NCBI GenBank assembly: GCA_964559075.1
Contig: CAZLGJ010000002.1
Location: forward strand, 1-50,570
Direction of reading: 5' to 3'
Source: an uncultured Glaciecola sp.
GTDB lineage: Bacteria; Pseudomonadota; Gammaproteobacteria; Enterobacterales; Alteromonadaceae
DNA: 50,570 bases
Below, piece after piece: positions 10,157 to 17,916 of the stretch. The position numbers were made by a program, and so were the translations under genes. The notes beneath the pieces were generated by a model. The model was not told the origin of the DNA, searched no databases, and saw nothing but the letters and a program-made list of their open reading frames with translations. Position 1 is the first letter of the stretch. The number at the start of each line of letters is the position of its first letter.

Positions 10157-10179
10157 GTGATTGTCCTTATGTGATGCAG

Positions 10180-10542
10180 TTAGCCTAACGGGGTATAGAA
10201 CGTTTCTGGCAATTCAAAGTCACCTTCAACTTCAACTAGCTTGTTGTCTTCAAAACGAACAATCAGCTGTTTTTTCATATCTTCGCCAAAGCCTTCCATA
10301 CCGCGTTTGATTTCATACACATAATACCAAGTATCATGGTTAAACAAGTCGTTGACTACGGGCTTGCCCAATACAAATTCGACTTGCTCCTTGGTCATCT
10401 CAATACGTAATTTGGCGACATCACGCTTATCTAAATAATTGCCCTGCGGGATATCGATACGGTAAATCCAGTTGCTGCATCCCGTTAGCGTGATACACGC
10501 TAATAATGAGCAAACCATAAAAAATCGTGACATGTCATTCAT
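10180..10542 (-). CDS. bamE: Outer membrane protein assembly lipoprotein BamE
   Basis: Lipobox LTGC, YRIDIPQGN, MTKEQVEFVLG.P and WYYVY; downstream of recN. Confidence 0.94.
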   Translation of the reverse strand: MNDMSRFFMVCSLLACITLTGCSNWIYRIDIPQGNYLDKRDVAKLRIEMTKEQVEFVLGKPVVNDLFNHDTWYYVYEIKRGMEGFGEDMKKQLIVRFEDNKLVEVEGDFELPETFYTPLG

Positions 10543-10580
10543 CTTCTTATTAATTAATACGCAAATGCTAACCTAGGCAC

Positions 10581-10607
10581 ATAGACCTTGCAACAATAAA
10601 GAAGTTC
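10581..10607 (-). promoter_or_regulatory. Sigma-E (RpoE) promoter for bamE
   Basis: Minus strand GAACTT-N16-TCTAT, overlapping the recN stop; bamE belongs to the sigmaE regulon in enterobacteria. Confidence 0.75.
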
Positions 10608-12285
10608 AGCTGACTTTTTTTAATAACTCTTCTGCATTTGCAATGGCGGTATCGGTGATCTCGTCTCCCGCCAGCAAGCGCGCTAATTCGCGTACGCGCG
10701 CGCTCTCATCGAGTTTGCGCATGCTTGTTTCCGTGCTTTTACCATCGGTGAGCTTATTCACAAAGAGCTGTTGATGCCCCTGAGCAGCAACTTGCGGCAA
10801 ATGTGTGACACATAATACCTGTGTGTTTTTACCTAAAGTGCGTAAGAGTTGACCAATAATAGATGCGGTAGGCCCACTGATCCCCGTATCGACCTCATCA
10901 AAAATTAACGTAGGGATCGCATTTTGGTCTGAAGTGATGACCTGTATCGCCAAACCAATACGCGATAACTCACCTCCAGATACCACTTCATCTAAATGCC
11001 CAAGCGGCTGGCCAGGGTTAGTCGTAATCAAGATGTTAACTTCATCTTGTCCCAAGGCGGAAAAGCCTTGTGCGGATAAATGCTCAACGGCAAACGTTAG
11101 CTGGGTATGCGGCATGTTCATTTTACTAACGCTTTGTACAATTTCGGCAGCAAATTTTTCGCCTGCTTTGCGACGTGACTGGCTAAGTTTCTCGCTTAAT
11201 GCAAGATATTCACTGCGACACTCACTCAAGGTCTGTTGCAATGATTGCAATTGCTCATCATCGCCTTGTAAGCTCAGGTACTCAGCTTTGAGCTCAGCAT
11301 GGTATTGATGCAAATTTTCCGGCATTACCGCATGTTTGCGCGCAAGTTCATTGGCTTGATTATAGCGTTGTTCAACTTGCTGCATGCGCATTGGATCAAG
11401 CTCCAACTGACTGCAATAATCCTCAAGCTCAGTTGCAGCCTCCTGTAGATTTATTTCTGCCTCGGTTAAGCAGGTCAAAATACCAGCTAGCGCGGGGTCA
11501 TTTTCGACCTGTTCAGATAATTCACGAATGCTCAAGCTGACCATTTTAACGGCGTTGTACTGCTCATCCTCACTAATGCGATACGCCGCTTTTTGTGCAT
11601 TTTCTATTAAATCTTGTGCATTACTCAAACGCTTGTATTCAATCTCTAACTCACCAAACTCATCGGCCTGTAGTGCAAAAGTATCGAGTTCTTCGACCTG
11701 ATATTCCAGCAGTTGTTTGCGGTCTAGTCGCTGCTGTTGTGCTTTGGTAAGCGCATTTAATGTGTGTTGTGTTTCTTGATAGCGCTGATAACTCTGTGCA
11801 ACTTTTTCAAGAAGCGCAGGGTGATTGGCATAGCTATCCAACAAGGCGAGCTGGGCTTCGGGTTTGAGCAAATGGTGATGAGCATGTTGCCCATGAATAG
11901 CCAGTAGCTGCGATGATAATTGTTTAAGCTGCTGTAAGGTCACCGAAACGCCGTTAATAAAGGCCTTCGAACGTCCCTCCGCTGAGATTACGCGACGAAT
12001 ATGACATTCGTCTTGCTGGTCATCATTGCCAAGTTCATGCTCATCTAACCAGCGTTTGACTTTGTCGAGATTACCAATGCCGAAGGTCGCAACTAGCTGC
12101 GCTTTATCAGCGCCTTTACGCACTGCACTGGCATCTGCACGGGCACCTAAACATAAGCTCAATCCGTCTATGGCTATGGATTTACCTGCGCCGGTTTCGC
12201 CAGTGATAACACTAAGGCCTTGAGAAAACTCAACGTTGACTTGTCTGACAATGGCAAAATTTTCGATAGATAATGATAACAGCAT
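10606..12285 (-). CDS. recN: DNA repair protein RecN
   Basis: Walker A ITGETGAGKS, IHGQH, SGGELSR, IFDEVDTGISG and CVTHLPQVAA; start ATG 12285. Confidence 0.97.
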   Translation of the reverse strand: MLLSLSIENFAIVRQVNVEFSQGLSVITGETGAGKSIAIDGLSLCLGARADASAVRKGADKAQLVATFGIGNLDKVKRWLDEHELGNDDQQDECHIRRVISAEGRSKAFINGVSVTLQQLKQLSSQLLAIHGQHAHHHLLKPEAQLALLDSYANHPALLEKVAQSYQRYQETQHTLNALTKAQQQRLDRKQLLEYQVEELDTFALQADEFGELEIEYKRLSNAQDLIENAQKAAYRISEDEQYNAVKMVSLSIRELSEQVENDPALAGILTCLTEAEINLQEAATELEDYCSQLELDPMRMQQVEQRYNQANELARKHAVMPENLHQYHAELKAEYLSLQGDDEQLQSLQQTLSECRSEYLALSEKLSQSRRKAGEKFAAEIVQSVSKMNMPHTQLTFAVEHLSAQGFSALGQDEVNILITTNPGQPLGHLDEVVSGGELSRIGLAIQVITSDQNAIPTLIFDEVDTGISGPTASIIGQLLRTLGKNTQVLCVTHLPQVAAQGHQQLFVNKLTDGKSTETSMRKLDESARVRELARLLAGDEITDTAIANAEELLKKVS

Positions 12286-12299
12286 GGCGCACCCGTATA

Positions 12300-12334
12300 C
12301 TGGTTGTTTATACAATAACTGTAAATATAACCAG
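12300..12334. promoter_or_regulatory. Two tandem LexA (SOS) boxes upstream of recN
   Basis: CTGT-AAATATAA-CCAG (12319-12334) and a weaker CTGG-TTGTTTAT-ACAA (12300-12315). Confidence 0.85.
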
Positions 12335-12360
12335 TAAATGTAAAGGTGGCAAGATCAGTT

Positions 12361-13236
12361 TTAAAAAAGTTTCGTGCCCCAGTTTAATTTGGTGCGCAAC
12401 ACATTAAAGTAATCGTAGCTCGAGGGGTGAACAATGCGCAGTGGGCTGGGGAATTTGCGGATCAATACCTCATCACCAGGCATGACACTTAGTCCAACCT
12501 GACTATCACAGCTCACCTGACAATCGTCGGTGTTAGCGCGAGAAATTACGAGTTTCACGGTGTTATCCGCATCTACGACAATTGGCCGAGACGTGAGGGT
12601 ATGCGGAAACATTGGTACCAAGGTCATTGCATTGAGTGAAGGCATTAAGATGGGCCCACCACCGGATAGAGAGTAGGCGGTAGAACCTGTTGGCGTTGCG
12701 ACAATCAAACCATCGGAGCGCTGTGTGAACATAAAGTTATCGTTGGTGTAGACTTCAAACTCCATCATGTGAGCGACTTTGGCATGGTGGAGCACCACTT
12801 CATTGACCGCAACATTAGTAGACTTGAGAGAGTCGTGTCTACGCACATCAACTTCGAGTAAAAAACGATTTTCAACAACGCCGTTACCCGCAAAAATATC
12901 GTCTAAGTCTTCTAGGATGTTATCGGGATTGATATCGGTCAAAAAGCCCAAGTTGCCGCGGTTAACGCCCACCACATGGATGTCATAGCGGGCCAAGACC
13001 CGAGCTGCACCAAGCATATTGCCATCACCGCCCACCACAATGGCCAAATCCGCCTCTTGGCCAATTTTGACTAAGTTAGCGGATTCAAGGCTGGTGCCAA
13101 TCAGTTCTGCATGTAAGCGCTCTTCAATCAACACGCGACACTGTTTGTTGGCTAAATAGTCAATGAGGCCAAGGACGCTTTGGTATGTGGCTTCGTGCTG
13201 TGGTTTGCCTAATATTCCTACGGTTTGATAGCTCAT
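12361..13236 (-). CDS. nadK: NAD+ kinase
   Basis: GGDGN, GVNRGNLGFL, NE and DGLIVATPTGSTAYSLSGGGP motifs. Confidence 0.97.
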   Translation of the reverse strand: MSYQTVGILGKPQHEATYQSVLGLIDYLANKQCRVLIEERLHAELIGTSLESANLVKIGQEADLAIVVGGDGNMLGAARVLARYDIHVVGVNRGNLGFLTDINPDNILEDLDDIFAGNGVVENRFLLEVDVRRHDSLKSTNVAVNEVVLHHAKVAHMMEFEVYTNDNFMFTQRSDGLIVATPTGSTAYSLSGGGPILMPSLNAMTLVPMFPHTLTSRPIVVDADNTVKLVISRANTDDCQVSCDSQVGLSVMPGDEVLIRKFPSPLRIVHPSSYDYFNVLRTKLNWGTKLF

Positions 13237-13289
13237 GTGTAATACGTTTGCACAGGTAAAATAACAACTAAGTGCAATGTATCATGTTT

Positions 13290-14054
13290 TTAGCGCGCGA
13301 CCCAACCCCCATCGAGCACCAGAGTTTGCGCAGTCATGTTTTTGGCCGCATCGGATATCAAAAACTCAGCAGTTTTGGCAAGTTCCAAAGGTTCAATGAA
13401 GGCTTTTTTGGGCATGGGTTCCAACATGATTTTGTTAACCACATCTTCTTCGGAGATACCATTCTCTTGTGCCTGTTTGGCAATTTGTGCCTCGACCAAC
13501 GGGGTTTTGACATAAGCAGGGCATAATGTGTTAATTGTAATGTCTTTATCGCCATTTTCGAGCGCAACTGTTTTGGCCAGGCCAATAAGACCGTGTTTTG
13601 CCGCTATATACGCTGATTTAAAAGGGGAGGCGACCAGCGAGTGAATGGAGCCGACATTGATGATGCGGCCATAATTACGTTCGCGCATGCCTGGTAAAAA
13701 CGCTTGGGTCAGCATTGCAGGGCCGACAAGCATAATGTTGATCAACAATTGCCATTTTTCTGGTGGAAAATCTTCAATCCGGCTGACGTGTTGGATCCCC
13801 GCATTATTGACCAATACGTCAATAGTAAGCCCTTCTAGCTGCTCATGTACCTTGCTAATATCTTCAAGGCTACCTACGTCTAATTTTACCGCATGCGCTT
13901 GATGACCTGCGTCCTTGAGCTGATTTGTCGCATCAGTTGCGGCATCTAGATTAATATCAGCAATCACAATAGTGTGCCCTTGCTGAGCAAAGTATTCAGC
14001 CATGGCAAAGCCAATGCCGCTGGCACCACCGGTGATAAAAAACGTTCTACTCAT
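13290..14054 (-). CDS. bdhA: D-3-hydroxybutyrate dehydrogenase (SDR family)
   Basis: TGGASGIG, NNAGIQHV, SIHSLVASPFKSAYIAAKHG and PAYVKTPLV..QI are HBDH signatures; ATG 14054 with AGGAAGG RBS. Confidence 0.92.
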   Translation of the reverse strand: MSRTFFITGGASGIGFAMAEYFAQQGHTIVIADINLDAATDATNQLKDAGHQAHAVKLDVGSLEDISKVHEQLEGLTIDVLVNNAGIQHVSRIEDFPPEKWQLLINIMLVGPAMLTQAFLPGMRERNYGRIINVGSIHSLVASPFKSAYIAAKHGLIGLAKTVALENGDKDITINTLCPAYVKTPLVEAQIAKQAQENGISEEDVVNKIMLEPMPKKAFIEPLELAKTAEFLISDAAKNMTAQTLVLDGGWVAR

Positions 14055-14064
14055 TGTGTCCTTC

Positions 14065-15081
14065 CTATTGTTTGGGGCTGGCATACGCATGACCAAGTGC
14101 ATTGACCATGGTGTGAACCGCACGAATTTGTTGACCTTTGCGCGTGGCATAGTCTGCGTCAGTATAGCCCCACCAATCCCAACAACCGTGGGGGTTAAAG
14201 GGTAGGGCGTAAGAATTTTTGGTTTGCGGATAGAGCACTGCTAAGCGGTTGGTATCAGCCCAGCGATTAAAACCTGTTTGTTCGATGTAGTCCATGCCGA
14301 TGGTGTTGGCGTTTTGTTTGCAGCCGTGAAAGCTGACGTGAAGCTGACAGGCTTCACCATCCAAACAGCTATCGGGAATATATAGATAACCTTTGCGCGC
14401 AAGGCCTTTGGCTGTCTTGCCACCGAGTTTGCGCTGTTTAATCGGATATACTTTGCCTGCGGGTTGCTCGCTCGGTGGATTTAATGACCCGTAAAAATGC
14501 GTCAGCATGGCACCAGCAGCATCAAAGTCACAAGCGCCGATAAATGGTGGGGCTGTAATCTCACACGCATTGCCATTCTCTACTGTGGGAAAATGATGTC
14601 CGCTTGGTCTATTTAACACGGTTTCCATGTGGGCACGATCAAACCAATACGAATATTGTTCGATGAGTTTGTCAGCGACATGCCTGCCAAGAGTAGGGTC
14701 TGCTTCGCCGTGGTAAATCCAGACTTGGCTATTTTTGATATCTTCATCAGTAGCAAGCAGTTGCTTGTTTTGATAAAACTTGATGGTTTCTCGCAACACG
14801 GCTAAGTCAATGGGCGCGTCTTCTTTGTCCAGACAGGCTGATAACGCTTTAGATAGTGAACCTTGGGCGCAGAGGTATGGGCCTGCCGCTAAAATCCCAA
14901 CCCCGCGAATGGCCTCCGCGTGTGCCATGTGGTATTGACCTGCCATGTAACCGCCGGAAGAAAGTCCTGATATGGTTATGTTGTCAGCATCAATATTGAG
15001 CTTGTCGATAGGGGCTTGGGCGTGAGCAAAGAAACTTAAAAAGCTGGCAAACATCATTATCCATTTGATTATGTGATTCAT
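14065..15081 (-). CDS. phaZ: Secreted PHB depolymerase-family esterase, catalytic domain only
   Basis: Signal peptide ending AHA|Q; lipase box SGLSSGGYMA near the N-terminus; AGPY.CA, LHVSFHGCKQ, VLYPQ and NPHGCWDWWGY (type II catalytic domain). Confidence 0.85.
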   Translation of the reverse strand: MNHIIKWIMMFASFLSFFAHAQAPIDKLNIDADNITISGLSSGGYMAGQYHMAHAEAIRGVGILAAGPYLCAQGSLSKALSACLDKEDAPIDLAVLRETIKFYQNKQLLATDEDIKNSQVWIYHGEADPTLGRHVADKLIEQYSYWFDRAHMETVLNRPSGHHFPTVENGNACEITAPPFIGACDFDAAGAMLTHFYGSLNPPSEQPAGKVYPIKQRKLGGKTAKGLARKGYLYIPDSCLDGEACQLHVSFHGCKQNANTIGMDYIEQTGFNRWADTNRLAVLYPQTKNSYALPFNPHGCWDWWGYTDADYATRKGQQIRAVHTMVNALGHAYASPKQ

Positions 15082-15090
15082 AGTACTAAC

Positions 15091-16389
15091 CTATTGCGTG
15101 TCAGGGGATAGGAAAGACGCAATCTGCGCAGCAGCATCTTGAATCGTTAGTAATCCATTAAGGTGCCCATATTGTCCGCGTAACACCGTCAGTTGCGACC
15201 TCTTGTCCAGCGACAATAAAGCATCATGCGTCAATTCTAGATGATAAGGCATTAATAACAAATCATTCTCGGTTGGCAACAATAATACTTTTGCCTTAAG
15301 CTTTGCCAATCCCGTTATTAAATCAGACTCTTGGCCCGCCATATAAAGTTGGCAAGCGCGCACTAGATACAGTAGGTGGTTAGCATCCATCAATGCCGCA
15401 CGCTCACTTGCCCGGCCTTTTAACCACTGAGTAATACTATGATCGGCCATGATATCCTGCAAGGGCGCAGTTTCTAATGGGCTATACTGCAACTGTTCGC
15501 CAATGGCGTTGACAAAGTCTGGGTGCAAGGCGGTTTGGGTGATCGCCATCAGCGCCGCTGTCAGTCCTGCAATTGGTGGATTCTCTGCAGTATAAGCGCC
15601 ATTTTGCCATAAGGGGTCAATTTTGATGGGCATTGTCCAATGTTCTAAGGCCGTTGTGGTCCAAGCATCAGAATGGGCTGCACCAATTACAGCAATGACG
15701 CTATTAACCCAGTCTGGATATGCTGTGGCCCACTCCAAAGCTTGCATACTCCCCATTGATGCCCCCACCACAGCATGCAAGCGTTCTATGCCAAGTGAAG
15801 AGAGCAGGGCTTTTTGGATATTGACTTGGTCGCGCATGGTAATGACTGGAAATTGTAAACCATATGGTTTTCCCGTTTCAGGGTTGATGGTAGCAGGGCC
15901 CGTGGTGATGACATTGGGATCATGCACGCCCAAATTGGCAAGGGTATCAACAGCAATGACATAAAATTGATTGGTATCAATGGCTTTACCAGCTCCGATA
16001 ATGGCATCCCAATATCCAACCTCACCATCATCAGTGTAGCGTCCTGCAGCATGTGAGTTGCCGGTAAAATAATGGGTGATTAAAATCACATTATCGCGTT
16101 TGGCAGAGAGCTCCCCATAAGCTTCCCAGCCAATGGTCGCTTGCGGAATCGTGCGGCCGTTAAAAAATGTAAATGTATCTGTAGTAAAACGTTTTTTTTC
16201 TTTAAAAAATGACGAGTCTGAGGCGTCGCTAGCATCTACGTTGAACATCATCATTCCCAGAAGTAAAACACACACTATTGATACAGATTTTGTCAGGTGT
16301 GTCAAAGAAAATAACTTAATTGCTGGTATTACAACAGCAAGCCTCATAGGTGAAATGTTTAGAATAATTGATTGATAAGACGTTAACAT
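15091..16389 (-). CDS. Exported MetX (homoserine acetyltransferase)-fold alpha/beta hydrolase, E22-like esterase
   Basis: ITHYFTGNSHAAG, GYWDAIIG.GKAIDT, nucleophile elbow GASMG, D in ENDLL and GHLNG; hydrophobic segment ending VDA; GAGG RBS. Confidence 0.8.
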   Translation of the reverse strand: MLTSYQSIILNISPMRLAVVIPAIKLFSLTHLTKSVSIVCVLLLGMMMFNVDASDASDSSFFKEKKRFTTDTFTFFNGRTIPQATIGWEAYGELSAKRDNVILITHYFTGNSHAAGRYTDDGEVGYWDAIIGAGKAIDTNQFYVIAVDTLANLGVHDPNVITTGPATINPETGKPYGLQFPVITMRDQVNIQKALLSSLGIERLHAVVGASMGSMQALEWATAYPDWVNSVIAVIGAAHSDAWTTTALEHWTMPIKIDPLWQNGAYTAENPPIAGLTAALMAITQTALHPDFVNAIGEQLQYSPLETAPLQDIMADHSITQWLKGRASERAALMDANHLLYLVRACQLYMAGQESDLITGLAKLKAKVLLLPTENDLLLMPYHLELTHDALLSLDKRSQLTVLRGQYGHLNGLLTIQDAAAQIASFLSPDTQ

Positions 16390-16425
16390 GTTTGTCCTCG
16401 CTCGAGTTAGTACGCAGCTTAGTGT

Positions 16426-17721
16426 CTAAAATACACTGAATAAAAATATCGCCAGCCCTAAGCCAAGTAGCGGCATGACTACCGTCAATGCACCTAGCGG
16501 TAAATAGGCGTTGGCGTGTGTTTCGCCACATATTGCTCTAATAAGGGTAACGACATAGCCATTATGTGGCAACGAATCTAACGCGCCGGACGAGATTGCC
16601 ACAATGCGATGCAATTCTTCAGGATCCACATTTTGTTCAAGATAGTGCGGCCCGATTAAGGGCAGGGCAATGGCCTGTCCACCCGATGCCGAGCCGGTCA
16701 GGCCTGCAATAACACTGACCGCCACGGCTGCGCCAATCAGTTCATTACCGGGTAGTTGCGTCATGATTGCCACTGTATCGGTAAACGCTTGAGTATTTTT
16801 GGCCACGGCGCCAAAGCCTACCACTGCGGCAGTATTTCCTATGGCTAACAGTGCGCCTGTTGTACCGTGATTAATGGCTTGGTTGATGTCGATAAAATAG
16901 CGGTAGTTGATCGCCATAAGGCTCAAAACCCCGCCACCTAATGCGATGATCAACGCCATTTTGCCAAAGCTCTCATGAAACATAAACGACAATACTAGGA
17001 CGATGATAATTGGTACAATACCGGTGATTGGATTAGGCAGGGCGCGATCGGCGACTTGCGGATCATTATCGCGAGCCACAAAAGTTTCACCTTGCGACAC
17101 GGCTTTACTGATCATGCGTTTCAGCCACCAGTAGCCAAATAATGCCATAAAGATGGCGACGACTAAACTCACTTCCCATGCGGCAAACGCAGTTGTGCCA
17201 AGGTGGGGAATAGGGATCCAGTTCTGTATTTCGGGGCTACCCGCTGAGGTCATGGTAAATGTAACTGAACCGAAGGCCAAGGTTGCGGGGATAAAACGCC
17301 GAGGAAGGTTAGCATCTTTGAAGAGACTTACGGCCATCGGGTAGACGGAAAATGCCACTACAAATAGTGATACTCCCCCGTAAGTTAAAATGGCGCAAGC
17401 ACTGACGATGGCTAATACAGCATGTTGGAAGCCGAGTTTGGTCACAATCCATTGTGCGAGCGCATCAGCTGCGCCGGTGTCTTCCATAAACTTACCAAAC
17501 AGCGCCCCAAGTAAAAACATAAAGAACCACGCCCCGACAAAACTAGTAAAGCCAGACATGTAGGTCACGACAAAATTTGTATCGCCAACAAAAACGCTAA
17601 TGCCATTCGTTAAAGCTACCACTAAGGCGCAAAGTGGCGCGGCAATGAACAAGTTCATACCGCGGATGGTCAACACAATGAGTAGACCGAGTCCACCTAA
17701 TAAGCCAATAGCACTTAACAT
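16426..17721 (-). CDS. GntP-family permease, probable 3-hydroxybutyrate transporter
   Basis: Polytopic membrane protein with LTYGGVSLFVV, PEIQN.IP, GLTGSASGG and LDSLPHNG. GGAGG RBS before ATG 17721. GntP permeases neighbour bdhA in Pseudomonas. Confidence 0.85.
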   Translation of the reverse strand: MLSAIGLLGGLGLLIVLTIRGMNLFIAAPLCALVVALTNGISVFVGDTNFVVTYMSGFTSFVGAWFFMFLLGALFGKFMEDTGAADALAQWIVTKLGFQHAVLAIVSACAILTYGGVSLFVVAFSVYPMAVSLFKDANLPRRFIPATLAFGSVTFTMTSAGSPEIQNWIPIPHLGTTAFAAWEVSLVVAIFMALFGYWWLKRMISKAVSQGETFVARDNDPQVADRALPNPITGIVPIIIVLVLSFMFHESFGKMALIIALGGGVLSLMAINYRYFIDINQAINHGTTGALLAIGNTAAVVGFGAVAKNTQAFTDTVAIMTQLPGNELIGAAVAVSVIAGLTGSASGGQAIALPLIGPHYLEQNVDPEELHRIVAISSGALDSLPHNGYVVTLIRAICGETHANAYLPLGALTVVMPLLGLGLAIFLFSVF

Positions 17722-17916
17722 TTTACCTCCTAATTGGTACAAGAATCGTCGCCGATGTTACAAATTTGTTATTTATTTTCAGGGCTAAGCATGCGTGATA
17801 TCGCTTGGCTTTCCCATAGTACTATCGTGCTAAGGATTATTGTGATGAGCTGTCGTACTATTCTTGGTGATTAATAAATTCACATAAAAATTACATTCTA
17901 TTTACCAGGAGTGGTT

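Noticed and set aside
15091-16389. Call as metX (methionine biosynthesis)
   Set aside because: The export signal and position in a 3HB operon argue against it, and no metW is adjacent.
17865-17886. CRP-like site GTGA...TCAC upstream of the TBDR
   Set aside because: The spacer is 9 bp rather than 6 bp.
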